This document shows, piece by piece, positions 9,029-19,277 of a DNA stretch of 64,000 bases. The stretch covers positions 888 to 64,887 of the forward strand of contig CAZPGQ010000003.1 in the NCBI GenBank assembly GCA_964586695.1, given 5' to 3'. A program made the translations under genes and the position numbers. Numbering within the stretch: position 1 is the first letter of the stretch; each line of letters begins with the position of its first letter. The notes beneath the pieces were generated by a model. That model was not told the origin of the DNA and ran no database searches. It was given only the letters and a program-made list of their open reading frames with translations. Source of the DNA: an uncultured Candidatus Saccharibacteria bacterium. Its GTDB lineage: Bacteria > Patescibacteriota > Minisyncoccia > Phycocordibacterales > DATDWN01.

Positions 9029-9796
9029 TTACTGTTTATCAACTGACTTAATAATTTCTACAAAATCTTTTGGTTCCAGACTTTGTCGTCCGATCAAAAA
9101 GCCAGAAACGTTTCCATCTTTTATCAAACTTTCTGCATTAACTTTATCTACCGCACCGCCATAAATAACGCGAACATCTTCACCAACAATACTGTAAGTA
9201 TCCTTTAGAACTTTTTTTATATAAATAGACATCTCATGCAGGTCTCTAGGTTCCATTGCTGACTTTGCACCAATAGCCCAAAGTGGCTCATATGCAATAA
9301 CAATATTTCCAAAAGATTTCTTTGGAACATCCTTTAAGGCTTTTTGAATCTGCTGTTTTATAAAATCAAAATAGTCACCACTTGAATCACGCAGAGACTC
9401 CCCCACACAAATAATAGCTGTCATACCCAGAGAAACAACAGACTGAACTTTTTTATTTACAACTTCATCTGTCTCTCCCATTTTTCTTCTTTCAGAATGA
9501 CCGACGATAACAAATTTTACTTTGAACTGTGGTAACTGGAGATGTCCAACCTCGCCAGTAAAAGGTCCAGCAGTTTCACTATTTGCATTTTGAGCACCAA
9601 GATAGAAACTTCCCTTTGGTGAAGTTGAAAGCGGTGAAAGATAAACAAAAGAAGGACAAACCACAATGTCTGTTCGTCTTATACTCTTCATTGCACGTTT
9701 AATAACACTTACTATCTTTCTACCTTCTTCAAGAGAAGTTGGATTCATTTTCCAATTCCCCACCACAAGTTTCTTTACTTTTTTCATACCCATCAT
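9029..9796 (-). CDS. tpiA: Triosephosphate isomerase
   Basis: VVGNWKMN, AYEPLWAIG and YGGAV motifs. Confidence 0.9.
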   Translation of the reverse strand: MMGMKKVKKLVVGNWKMNPTSLEEGRKIVSVIKRAMKSIRRTDIVVCPSFVYLSPLSTSPKGSFYLGAQNANSETAGPFTGEVGHLQLPQFKVKFVIVGHSERRKMGETDEVVNKKVQSVVSLGMTAIICVGESLRDSSGDYFDFIKQQIQKALKDVPKKSFGNIVIAYEPLWAIGAKSAMEPRDLHEMSIYIKKVLKDTYSIVGEDVRVIYGGAVDKVNAESLIKDGNVSGFLIGRQSLEPKDFVEIIKSVDKQ

Positions 9797-9826
9797 TGTA
9801 CCATAACAATATTGGCATTATAAAAT

Positions 9827-9945
9827 TTCATAATCTGGATGAAATTCAAGGCGGAATGAAAAAATGCGAGGAGCCTTACTATAACGTAAGGTGACGAGAA
9901 TTTTTGATATTCCAACGCAGAAGTTCGCCAGATTTGGAATTTTAC
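9827..9945 (+). repeat. Copy A of a ~110 nt structured repeat element (conserved ~75 nt core within a covarying closing stem, U-tracts on both sides)
   Basis: Core ttcaaggcggaatgaaaaaatgcgaggagccttact...gtaaggtgacgagaatttttga.attccaacg is near-identical to 32700-32772. It is flanked by ttcataatctgg / ccagatttggaa, which pair with each other. Confidence 0.5.
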
Positions 9946-11411
9946 TTCGTTTCGTCCCAGGAGATGGTTTGATATTGATCTGAAGTCAGCGGAAAGCTCG
10001 GTGGAGGTCCATACAGCAAGTTTGCATCATATATAATGTCTCGTTCGTCGTAACCAGTACCGTCTGTATAGGCAAAACCATATCTACCGTTTGATCCTAT
10101 CATTCCATAAAGAGTGAGTTTTGTTCTCTGGTAAGCAGTTCCACAGCTAGAATTATAGTAGTATCTTCCAGCACGACCGTTTTGAGCCACAAGAGCTGCA
10201 TCAATTCTCAATGTGTCCAAACTAGAAAGACCGACATTTATGTTTCCTTGTGAGATTAGTGACAACACATCCTGACCACTGTAGTTTGTATACAAAAGAT
10301 TGTTGTTTACAGTGATGTTTGGTCTTGTTGCTGCATTGTCTGGGAATCTACCGTTTGCAACCGTTATACGTGCACTGTTTATCTGACCCTCTACCCACAA
10401 ATGATCCTCTACAAAGATTAGGCCGTTAACAGGATTTGCATAGTTGCCAATAAGAGTTTGATTTCCATTTCCAGAAGTTCTTATACTCCATGTACCCCAA
10501 CCGGTTTGGTTTTGAACATTACTACAGCCATTTGGTGCAGAAAGTAGGTTATTAACTCTATACAAGTCATAAGTATCGTTTGTTTTAAATACAATTCGAT
10601 AACCTTGAGCACCTGAACTTGGGATGTATTTTCCAGCTGACTGCGCATTGGTTTTTATTTGTGACAAATCTGTCGTCATACCAACAAAATCGACTGCAGG
10701 CACAGGAAATTGTCTGCCAGATTCAAAAACATCTATTCTATTTTGGAGAGTAGAAGGTGGAGCCTCTAACGCACGAAAAGTGTCGCTTATATTACCCCCA
10801 GGCAAAACAACGTGAGTATGAACACCAAACTCATCGTTACCTGTGTGGTCTGGATCATTGTATTTATCCTTTGCGCTGGTAATTATATTGTGAGCTAAAC
10901 CATCAAAACGAATTCCTCCATTAGAATGAATAGGCCCGAAAACTTCTGTTCCCTGTCCAAAACGCATATCTGTGTTCGCAACCACTGCAAATTTTGCTAA
11001 AGAGGGCTTTGCCAACTGAACAGATATGACTCTTGATATTGTAGGATCAGAATCCACCTTTCCTGTTGATTTGATTTTTACCAAAGTAAAACCAAGAGCT
11101 GGAGGGGTTATCTCAAGAGAAAATGTACCTATCTTGATTCCATCTTTGTCATAAAAATCGTGAACATAAGGTCCAGGTGTTGTAGTTGCGTCAGTAAAAT
11201 CAGTTGGACTATGTGCTAAATGCCATCTATAGTAGTCTATCCCTGCTTCTGCTATCTGTAGTGCTTGTTCTCTTTTTAGACCAACCTTTGATGCTTTTAT
11301 ATTTATACCTGCCCAGGCAACAAGTGAACCAATCATCACAACAGAAATGGTTGCAAAAACCAAAGCTTGCACCAATATTGTCCCTGACTGTTTTTTGTTT
11401 TTTTTATTCAT
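9942..11411 (-). CDS. PilX-like type IV pilus minor component (N-terminal PilX_N-like TM segment)
   Basis: N-terminus QSGTILVQALVFATISVVMIGSLVAWAGI resembles the PilX N-terminal domain; large Gly/Asn-rich extracellular part; lies in the pilus operon. Confidence 0.45.
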   Translation of the reverse strand: MNKKNKKQSGTILVQALVFATISVVMIGSLVAWAGINIKASKVGLKREQALQIAEAGIDYYRWHLAHSPTDFTDATTTPGPYVHDFYDKDGIKIGTFSLEITPPALGFTLVKIKSTGKVDSDPTISRVISVQLAKPSLAKFAVVANTDMRFGQGTEVFGPIHSNGGIRFDGLAHNIITSAKDKYNDPDHTGNDEFGVHTHVVLPGGNISDTFRALEAPPSTLQNRIDVFESGRQFPVPAVDFVGMTTDLSQIKTNAQSAGKYIPSSGAQGYRIVFKTNDTYDLYRVNNLLSAPNGCSNVQNQTGWGTWSIRTSGNGNQTLIGNYANPVNGLIFVEDHLWVEGQINSARITVANGRFPDNAATRPNITVNNNLLYTNYSGQDVLSLISQGNINVGLSSLDTLRIDAALVAQNGRAGRYYYNSSCGTAYQRTKLTLYGMIGSNGRYGFAYTDGTGYDERDIIYDANLLYGPPPSFPLTSDQYQTISWDETK

Positions 11412-12031
11412 TAAAGATTATCCTTAAGATTACGAACACTAACTTGAGATGTTGTGATTATACTTATAGGAGATCTGTTTGGATCTTTATCAATTATAAC
11501 AGCAACTTTAACCAAACGTATAGATGAGATATCGACAGGAACAGTAAGCGGTGATGATGTTCCAGCATAACTTGATGGATAGTATTGGAAAAGTGGCAAA
11601 GTAGAACTCGAAACAAAGCCGGAAATAATTGTAGAAAGTTTTTCTTGTGTATCGTCGTAGACTAAGGGACTTCCAGTTGGAGTCACAACTCCTCTTTTTA
11701 GGTTAGTTCCACTTATAAAATATCTAACCTTCTCTCTTATTCCGTTATTATCAACATCAGAATAAAAAATAAGATTTGATGGTGTCGCAGATGCAATAGC
11801 GTACGCTCCCAAAGCACTTGGACCTGCCTCTCGTAATTCTGTAACAATAATTTTAACAACATGTCTTGAATCTATTTCTGCATTTAAGTTTCCCTGCAAA
11901 ACATAGTTGAGAGAGAAGATGTCTCTTGCAAAAGAGCTTATCAATAATGATATAAGCAAAAATATTGAAACTCCTATAATAGTCTCTACAAAAGTAAAAC
12001 CTCCCTTTCTGTTGTTCTTTATATTTTTCAT
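11411..12031 (-). CDS. Type IV pseudopilin with a prepilin-type N-terminal cleavage/methylation domain
   Basis: KGGFTFVETIIGVSIFLL: class III signal with the G/FTxxE motif. Confidence 0.6.
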   Translation of the reverse strand: MKNIKNNRKGGFTFVETIIGVSIFLLISLLISSFARDIFSLNYVLQGNLNAEIDSRHVVKIIVTELREAGPSALGAYAIASATPSNLIFYSDVDNNGIREKVRYFISGTNLKRGVVTPTGSPLVYDDTQEKLSTIISGFVSSSTLPLFQYYPSSYAGTSSPLTVPVDISSIRLVKVAVIIDKDPNRSPISIITTSQVSVRNLKDNL

Positions 12032-12032
12032 A

Positions 12033-13841
12033 TTAACTAGCTACTAAAGTAACTTCTATTGACTGCCACGATGTATTCAATGGAACATTTATATCCTGAC
12101 TTTGATAACCAGCTTTAGAAAGGTGTAGCATATAGTCACCTGAAGGTAAGCCCTGGTACGAAACTTGTCCTGGAGGAGTACAGAGAGTTGTAAATGTAAA
12201 AGAAATATCTGAAATATTTGGGGTAAAAGCATCTATCGCTGTATCAAAGAATATTTTATACCGTAGGTAACGATTCCCGTTATTAATAGAATTTATATTT
12301 TGATTTGCAACAGTGTAGTAAGTGCCTGCAGTTCCATCTGGTCCTGCAAAATTCCAAGTTGCACCGTCATTGTTTGTAGCTATTTGAACACGTATATCTG
12401 GAGTTCCTGTCTGTATTGGTTGTGCTGTTGGGTTCCAAAATAGTTGTTGGAAGTTAGAAGCTGAACCAGTATCAAATGATGACGATGTTATAACCCCAGA
12501 TAAAACGTAACTTCCTAAAATATTTTTCAACTGAATATCACCAACAGGATCAGAATTTTCTATGTTACCGTCAGAAGAAAGGTACATTGTTGGATCAGTC
12601 GAAGTTGCCTGACCTCCCCCACCAGACCAGTCAGTCTGGCCCATAAAACCTTGTCCTGTTATTTTTGTAACATCAACAGCTCCCCCATTTTCAAGTCTTG
12701 CGGTTACTCCTGATAATGGCAGGCCAGTAAGACCGTCTTTTACTGTAACGAGTAGTGTTCGAGGATTTTTTGGTGAAACTACAAGCTGAACACTTTGATT
12801 ACTGTTTGGTGCTATAGTCACAGGTGATATTGGATTTATCCCTATTAAGTCATACAAAGCATCTATATTTGCAAAAGAATAAATATCCCATTCTATATTG
12901 GCCAAAGTAAGCAAACCACTACCATTTGTTGATTGGTTCTGACTATATTTTAATAAACTAGGTGTACCTATAAGTTTTGAGCCTGATAGTGAAAAGTCCA
13001 TCGAGCCAACAGGAGAACACACATCATCTACTGAACTAATATTAAATGTACTAAGCCTATCGATAACAAAACTTATCTGTGTTACTTGTTGTAAAACTAC
13101 AGTGGCATGAGGTTTTACTGGGTTCGGATTTCCAACACTCACAACAAGCGTTTGATCTGTAGAATAACCAGACTTTGTAACCGTTATTTCATAAGCATTC
13201 ACTCCTGGAGGAGCATCAACCACCTGGAGAAGTCCGCTTGCATTTGTAACATCATCAATAACTATGTTAGGAATAACTTGATTATTTTCTATATGAACAT
13301 TTGCATCAGGAACAGGATTTCCATTTGCATCAAACACTTTTACGAACAATGCTCCGTTTGTAGAAGCCGTCTCAAGATTCTTTGGGGCTACTCTTGTAGT
13401 AACAATCATTTCTGGGAAATTCACCCTGCAGTCAGTACAGGTTATATCTATCTCAACTAATTTAAAATCCGCAGGAGAAAGATCGTTTGGCGAACCTCCC
13501 AAAGTTCCATCGAACGGATCATCAACATTTCTAACCGTTGTAGTTACAGTATATGTGTATTTATCTCTATTTATTGTCTGAATATGATCAAGTTTACCTC
13601 TAGGAATACCACTCAGAATACCCACGTCAGAATAAGGAAGGTTTCTAACAATTTCTAGTTGCTCATTTATAATACTTATTGCTTCTATCTTTGCGCGACT
13701 AGCATACACAACGTCAAAAATACCGCGATATGCGTTGTAAACAGAAATGATTATAAAAGCAAAAACTGCTACACCAACAATCAGCTCAACAAATGTAAAA
13801 CCTTTATTTGTTTTTATTTTGCTTTTATTATTTTTAAACAT
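12033..13841 (-). CDS. Large type IV pseudopilin / pilus-associated protein with a prepilin-type N-terminus
   Basis: NKGFTFVELIVGVAVFAFII: G/FTFVE prepilin motif, followed by a ~570 aa beta-rich extracellular region. Confidence 0.55.
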   Translation of the reverse strand: MFKNNKSKIKTNKGFTFVELIVGVAVFAFIIISVYNAYRGIFDVVYASRAKIEAISIINEQLEIVRNLPYSDVGILSGIPRGKLDHIQTINRDKYTYTVTTTVRNVDDPFDGTLGGSPNDLSPADFKLVEIDITCTDCRVNFPEMIVTTRVAPKNLETASTNGALFVKVFDANGNPVPDANVHIENNQVIPNIVIDDVTNASGLLQVVDAPPGVNAYEITVTKSGYSTDQTLVVSVGNPNPVKPHATVVLQQVTQISFVIDRLSTFNISSVDDVCSPVGSMDFSLSGSKLIGTPSLLKYSQNQSTNGSGLLTLANIEWDIYSFANIDALYDLIGINPISPVTIAPNSNQSVQLVVSPKNPRTLLVTVKDGLTGLPLSGVTARLENGGAVDVTKITGQGFMGQTDWSGGGGQATSTDPTMYLSSDGNIENSDPVGDIQLKNILGSYVLSGVITSSSFDTGSASNFQQLFWNPTAQPIQTGTPDIRVQIATNNDGATWNFAGPDGTAGTYYTVANQNINSINNGNRYLRYKIFFDTAIDAFTPNISDISFTFTTLCTPPGQVSYQGLPSGDYMLHLSKAGYQSQDINVPLNTSWQSIEVTLVAS

Positions 13842-13847
13842 TTTATT

Positions 13848-15068
13848 TTAGAGAGCATCCGCAAGACTGTATGTAGGACCCAACATAGAGATAGCAAAGA
13901 ATCCTACAGCAACACCGATAAAAATCATAAGTATAGGTTCTATTATCGATGACATATCCTTTGTCTTTTGATCCACTTCGTCTTCATAAAAAACAGCTAC
14001 AGAAAGAAGCATCTCCCCTATCTTTCCCGTTTCTTCTCCCACAGAAACCATCTCTCCCACGAATATCGGGTATAGATCATTGTATCTAGAAAACACTCCG
14101 GATATTTGATCTCCTCTTTGAATTGTTGACTGGATCTCATCCAAAACTTCTTTATAGTAATGGTTTTGAATAACATCTTTTGTTACCCCAATAGCCACAA
14201 CAATATCTACTCCAGAAGAAAGAAGAGAGGAAAGTGTTCTTGCTGTTCTGGCTGAATTAACCTGCTTTACGATTTCACCTATAACTGGCACTTTTATTGC
14301 AACAGTGTCTACAACTTTCTTTCCTGATGCAGTTCTTATCCACCAAACAAAACCAGTTACAAACAGAGCTGTGCCAACAATAATATATGGGAAATAATTT
14401 TTTAGCGCGTCACTAACAGCAATTATCATTCTAGTAGAAAGTGGTAGTTTTACACCTAGACCAACAAAAGTAGATGTCAGAGTTGGCACCATGTAGACCA
14501 TCATCAGAACTCCAATAACAGCCATCAATGAAAAAATAACAGCTGGGTACATCAGAGCACCTCTTATCTTTCTCGTTAATTGATACGACTTCTCCATCTG
14601 AATACCAACATTGTTTAATGCCATTGATAGATTTCCAGACTCTTCACCAGCTCTAACCATAGAAACAAACAGTGTAGAAAAGACATCTGGATAAGCTTTC
14701 ATTGAGTCACTAAATGTATTTCCTTTTGAGATTGAGTCACCCAATTCACCTATAATTTTTTTGAATTTGCCTTTAGACTGTCTCTCTATAATAGAAAGGC
14801 CTCTGGTTACAGGAAGTCCTGCATCAATCATCTTTGAAAGATTTTTTGCAAAAGTGATTTTGTCGTGAGCTTTTACTCTACTTAAAAAAGGTAGGTCTAT
14901 GTTACTGCTAAAACTGATTCCCTTTTCTGCACCAACTTCTTCGACAGATACAACAGTGCTACCGTCCTGTTTTATAGAATGATACAAAGCAAACTTGTCC
15001 TTTGCCTCCATCTCTCCCTCTTTCACCTTTCCTTCAGGATCTAAAATTTTATATTTAAATATAGCCAT
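13848..15068 (-). CDS. pilC: Type IV pilus assembly platform protein PilC (GspF family)
   Basis: Two GspF-type repeats and three TM segments; sits directly downstream of pilB. Confidence 0.85.
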   Translation of the reverse strand: MAIFKYKILDPEGKVKEGEMEAKDKFALYHSIKQDGSTVVSVEEVGAEKGISFSSNIDLPFLSRVKAHDKITFAKNLSKMIDAGLPVTRGLSIIERQSKGKFKKIIGELGDSISKGNTFSDSMKAYPDVFSTLFVSMVRAGEESGNLSMALNNVGIQMEKSYQLTRKIRGALMYPAVIFSLMAVIGVLMMVYMVPTLTSTFVGLGVKLPLSTRMIIAVSDALKNYFPYIIVGTALFVTGFVWWIRTASGKKVVDTVAIKVPVIGEIVKQVNSARTARTLSSLLSSGVDIVVAIGVTKDVIQNHYYKEVLDEIQSTIQRGDQISGVFSRYNDLYPIFVGEMVSVGEETGKIGEMLLSVAVFYEDEVDQKTKDMSSIIEPILMIFIGVAVGFFAISMLGPTYSLADAL

Positions 15069-15069
15069 A

Positions 15070-16821
15070 TTATTCAGAAATAACTCTTAATACTTCTTCT
15101 ATTGTTGTGTAACCTTGAACTGCTTGGAAAATACCATCTTCTATCATAGTTAACATTCCCTCTTGTTCAGCTATCTTTTGGATTTCGTCAGCATTTCCAG
15201 ATTTCAAAATTGCTTCCTTGATTGCAGGAGAAACTTTTAATATCTCATGAATACCAGATCTCCCAGAAAAACCTTCTTCTACTGAAACATCTTTCTTCAC
15301 TCTCCAAAATGGAACTTTTTCCCAATCATCAGACTTACCAACTACTTTTTCTTCCTTTAATGCTTCTAGAACTTTATCTAGATTTATAGATTTACCCAGA
15401 GTGTTTATTTCTGCTTTTGTTAAAAAGTACTTTTCCTTTTGATCAGTTAGTTTTCTAACCAATCTCTGACCAATGATAATATTTACAGTAGAAACAATAA
15501 GGAAAGGCTCGACTTTCATATCTATAAGTCTTGGTATAGCACCTGCAGATGAGTTTGTGTGGAGTGTTGAAAGTACAACGTGACCTGTAAGCGACGCGTT
15601 AACAGCAAGAGACGCTGTTTCGTTATCTCGAATTTCTCCCACCATAATAATATCTGGGTCTTGTCGCACCAAAGTTCGGAGTCCAGAAACGAAAGAGAAT
15701 CCTATTTCTGGTCTAACCTGTGTCTGATTAACTCTTTTCATCTGGTACTCAATAGGGTCTTCAATAGTAGAAATGTTCACGTCTGGTGTATTCAATATAT
15801 CCAAAATTGTATAAAGAGTTGTAGTCTTTCCTGAGCCTGTTGGACCTGTAGCAAGTATCATTCCTGTTGTAGACTTCAAGGCCGTGTGGATTCTTTCAAG
15901 ACCTGTTCCATGAAATGACAGACCCTCTAGAGTAAAACCAGATACACTATCTCGCAAAAGTCGCATCACAATTTTCTCTCCGTAGTATGTTGGCAGTGTA
16001 GAAACACGAAAAGAAACTTTCTCTCCATCAGAATCTATTTTGAAACGACCGTCTTGAGGCAGTCTTTTTTCATCCAACTTTAGAGATGAAAGAACTTTTA
16101 TACGCGCAGCAATACTTGGTGCCATATTCTTTGGCAGAATCATGGCGTCATGCAAAAGTCCGTCGATTCTGTATCGAACAAGCAACTGCAACTCCTGAGG
16201 TTCTATATGAATATCGGATGCGTTTTGCAAAATTGCGTGTTTCAAAAGCGTATCAACGATACGAATCATAGGAACATCATCAGCTAATTTCTTCAAATCA
16301 GCTTCGTTCATTTCATCCAACTTGTCGTCAGGAATACTTTTTATCTGACCAACATCTTCTGCAATAAGATCGCCGAATTCTGCTTTCAAACTTTTCTGGT
16401 ATTGCAAAATAGCACTCTTCATTGAATCAGCATCAGTAAGTCGAGGAAGGATTTTCAAACCAACTTTCTTTTTTACGAAATCAATAGCTGTTAAGTCCTC
16501 TGTATCAAGCATGGCAACCTCCAAAGTGTCGTTTGTCTTTTTAAAAGCTACGATGTTGTGGTTTCTTGCAATAGGTTCTGGAATAAGAGAAAGAACTTCA
16601 AAAGGGAGTTTCTCCCCTTTCAAATCAACAAAAGGAATCCCAAGAATGTATGCTTGCATTCGTCGCAAGTCGTCTTCTGTAAGCTTTCCTTTATTAACCA
16701 AAATTTTACCCAAGTTCCCCGCTGTTTCTTTGGCTTCTTTTTCAGCGGATTCCAAATCTGCGCGAGAAACTAGACCAGAGTCTAAAATAAAATTCTTTAA
16801 TTGTGATTCTTCAATGTGCAT
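15070..16821 (-). CDS. pilB: Type IV pilus assembly ATPase PilB (GspE family)
   Basis: N-terminal GSPII_E_N-like region; Walker A GPTGSGKTTTLY; Asp box and His box of GspE ATPases. Confidence 0.9.
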   Translation of the reverse strand: MHIEESQLKNFILDSGLVSRADLESAEKEAKETAGNLGKILVNKGKLTEDDLRRMQAYILGIPFVDLKGEKLPFEVLSLIPEPIARNHNIVAFKKTNDTLEVAMLDTEDLTAIDFVKKKVGLKILPRLTDADSMKSAILQYQKSLKAEFGDLIAEDVGQIKSIPDDKLDEMNEADLKKLADDVPMIRIVDTLLKHAILQNASDIHIEPQELQLLVRYRIDGLLHDAMILPKNMAPSIAARIKVLSSLKLDEKRLPQDGRFKIDSDGEKVSFRVSTLPTYYGEKIVMRLLRDSVSGFTLEGLSFHGTGLERIHTALKSTTGMILATGPTGSGKTTTLYTILDILNTPDVNISTIEDPIEYQMKRVNQTQVRPEIGFSFVSGLRTLVRQDPDIIMVGEIRDNETASLAVNASLTGHVVLSTLHTNSSAGAIPRLIDMKVEPFLIVSTVNIIIGQRLVRKLTDQKEKYFLTKAEINTLGKSINLDKVLEALKEEKVVGKSDDWEKVPFWRVKKDVSVEEGFSGRSGIHEILKVSPAIKEAILKSGNADEIQKIAEQEGMLTMIEDGIFQAVQGYTTIEEVLRVISE

Positions 16822-17078
16822 AAGAGTAATTTGTTTTTAAATTATATCACGTGCTCACAAATAATTTCTATTTAAATATGTTAATAAGAATTTCAGTTAT
16901 CTTTTTTACAAAAGAAATTGCATCTTAGAATGTTAAAAATGGACTATTTGACAAATAAATTGGTTACTGCTATTATTATTGTATTGAAGTTCGCCTCACG
17001 GCGGGCCATTTTTTTACCAGATTTTCAAGAGATAGGGTAAAATAATAAATAGATTAAAAATTTGTAACAATAAACAAT

Positions 17079-18218
17079 ATGATGGACTTAAAAGTGATAA
17101 ACAGTGTTCTAGCCCAGCTAGAAGAAGAGCGTGGCATACCTCAAGCAAAAATAATTGAGGCTATTGAACTTGCACTAGCTACTGCATATAAGAAAGAGTA
17201 CGGAAAGAAAGGACAAATCGTACGTGCAAAATTTGACTTGAATTCAGGCAAAACTGAAATGTTTCAGGTTAAAATTGTCGTAGATGAGTCAACTATAGTA
17301 ATGAATGAGGATGAAATTCCTCTAGAACTAAAGGAAGGTGAAGTGGAAATCGAGCTTTATAACCCAGAGAAGCACATAATGATAAGTGACGCTCGAAGAA
17401 TCAAAAAAGACGTAAAACTTGGCGATGAAATGGTTTTCCCTCTAGAAGGACAGGATGACTATAGTAGAATCGCTGCTCAGACTGCAAAGCAGGTTATTAT
17501 GCAGAAAATCCGAGAAGCAGAGAAAACTCATATTATTAGTGAATTTGGAAAGAAAGAAGGTGAAATCGTCTCTGGAACAGTCCAAAGAATGGAAAGAGGT
17601 AACATATTTATAGATATGGGCAGAGCTCCAGGCATACTTCCTTATGAGGAACAAATCCCAGGAGAGAGATTTGGCCAAGGAGAAAGAATTCGAGCATACC
17701 TATATAAAGTAGAAGAGTCTGGAAAGGGTGTGTTCCTACGACTTTCTCGAAGTCATCCAAAATTCCTTGAAAAATTGTTTGAAACAGAGGCTCCAGAGAT
17801 AGCAAACGGCTCAGTTATAGTAAAATCTATTGCTCGAGAAGCTGGTTCTAGAACAAAAATAGCTGTTTCTTCAAAGGATTCACATATTGACCCTGTTGGA
17901 TCAATGGTTGGACAGCGAGGAGTGCGTGTTTCTACAGTTATGTCAGAGCTAGGAGGTGAAAAAATCGATATTATAGAGTGGTCAGAGGATCCAAAGAAGT
18001 TCATCGAAGATGCTCTATCCCCTGCAAAAACTATTGATGTGAAGATTAATGAGGCAGAAAAACAAGCAACTGTTACTGTTTCTGAAGACCAGCAGTCACT
18101 GGCTATTGGAAAAGGAGGACAAAACGTTCGACTAGCCGCAAAACTAACAGGCTGGAAAATAGATATTCAGTCAGCAGGTGGAAATACTGAAGCAGTTGAA
18201 AGTGAGAAGGTAGAATAA
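17079..18218 (+). CDS. nusA: Transcription termination/antitermination factor NusA
   Basis: N-terminal NusA domain, an S1 domain, and two KH domains (GxxG motifs). Confidence 0.9.
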   Translation: MMDLKVINSVLAQLEEERGIPQAKIIEAIELALATAYKKEYGKKGQIVRAKFDLNSGKTEMFQVKIVVDESTIVMNEDEIPLELKEGEVEIELYNPEKHIMISDARRIKKDVKLGDEMVFPLEGQDDYSRIAAQTAKQVIMQKIREAEKTHIISEFGKKEGEIVSGTVQRMERGNIFIDMGRAPGILPYEEQIPGERFGQGERIRAYLYKVEESGKGVFLRLSRSHPKFLEKLFETEAPEIANGSVIVKSIAREAGSRTKIAVSSKDSHIDPVGSMVGQRGVRVSTVMSELGGEKIDIIEWSEDPKKFIEDALSPAKTIDVKINEAEKQATVTVSEDQQSLAIGKGGQNVRLAAKLTGWKIDIQSAGGNTEAVESEKVE

Positions 18219-18227
18219 ATAATAATT

Positions 18228-18256
18228 AAATAAAAACCCGAGATTATCTCGGGTTT
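18228..18256. terminator. Bidirectional terminator between nusA and the pyrophosphatase gene
   Basis: aaaaacccgagattatctcgggtttttattt. Confidence 0.55.
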
Positions 18257-18260
18257 TTAT

Positions 18261-19193
18261 TTATGGAAGTTTTAGCGCTGGGGCAATCTGCTTCTTTCTA
18301 GATAGAATTCCTGGAAGGACCTTTGTATCACCATCAATTGAGACACCGAAAGATGTTTCTACTAATTTTTTAGTAAAATCGTTATACGTGAGAACAATTG
18401 CCTCTTCCTTAAAAATATCAATAACAAAAACTAGAACATCATCTGTATCTGGTTCTTGAGACAGTATCTCAGCTATAGCAGATACAAGACCTGACTTTCT
18501 TTCCAATATTGGTGCTGTATCAGTAGTTTCCACCACAGAAATTCTCACTGTTTTATCTCCAACATCAAATTTCTTACTATCGAGATGAAGTAGTCCGATG
18601 TCTGTAAAGTCTGAAACATCTGATTTTGCCTTAAACATCTCATTTGCATATGACTGAATGTCTACATCAAGCTGTTTTGCCAACTTTTCTGCAATATATT
18701 TGTCGTGAGCTGTTGTTGTTGGTGATCTGAAAGCTAAAGTGTCAGATAAAATACATGAAAGCATTATTCCAGCAATATTGTTAGGTAAACTATTGGCAAC
18801 ATCACCGATCAAATCATGGATAACAGAAGCAGTTGATGCCAAAGGTCTCAATGTAACTTCAATTGGGCCTTTTGTCTCCAACCCTCCAAATAACTTGTGA
18901 TGGTCTATTATTTTTAAAATATTTGCGTCCAAAATGTTTGGAAATAGTTCCTGAGGGTTATTTGTGTCCACAATAACAACATCATCGCCAGCATCTATAG
19001 AAGACAAAAGATCTGGTTCAGAAAAACCCCATCTATTTAACACAAAAGATGTTTCTTTATTCAACGCACCAAGCACATACGGTCTAGATTCTACTCCCCC
19101 GTGTGTATTCATATACCAAGACCACAGGATCGCACACCCTGTTGCATCTGTATCTGGAGACATGTGTGAAAATACTTTTATCATGATTAGCAT
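18261..19193 (-). CDS. ppaC: Manganese-dependent inorganic pyrophosphatase (family II, DHH-DHHA2)
   Basis: HxxPDxDAxG N-terminal motif, DHH (IIDHHKL), and the C-terminal SRKKQ signature of family II PPases. Confidence 0.8.
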   Translation of the reverse strand: MLIMIKVFSHMSPDTDATGCAILWSWYMNTHGGVESRPYVLGALNKETSFVLNRWGFSEPDLLSSIDAGDDVVIVDTNNPQELFPNILDANILKIIDHHKLFGGLETKGPIEVTLRPLASTASVIHDLIGDVANSLPNNIAGIMLSCILSDTLAFRSPTTTAHDKYIAEKLAKQLDVDIQSYANEMFKAKSDVSDFTDIGLLHLDSKKFDVGDKTVRISVVETTDTAPILERKSGLVSAIAEILSQEPDTDDVLVFVIDIFKEEAIVLTYNDFTKKLVETSFGVSIDGDTKVLPGILSRKKQIAPALKLP

Positions 19194-19277
19194 AATACAG
19201 TATTGTATTTCAAAATCAAATTGCTAGAGTGCAGTGCTATTGATATAATATTCTCATTAACAAAAATTATTTTAAGT

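Noticed and set aside
16990-17020. Hairpin cgcctcacggcggg plus T-run right after a TTGACA/TATTAT promoter in the pilB-nusA gap
   Set aside because: It would give a transcript of only ~30 nt. It may be an attenuator or chance, so it is not called
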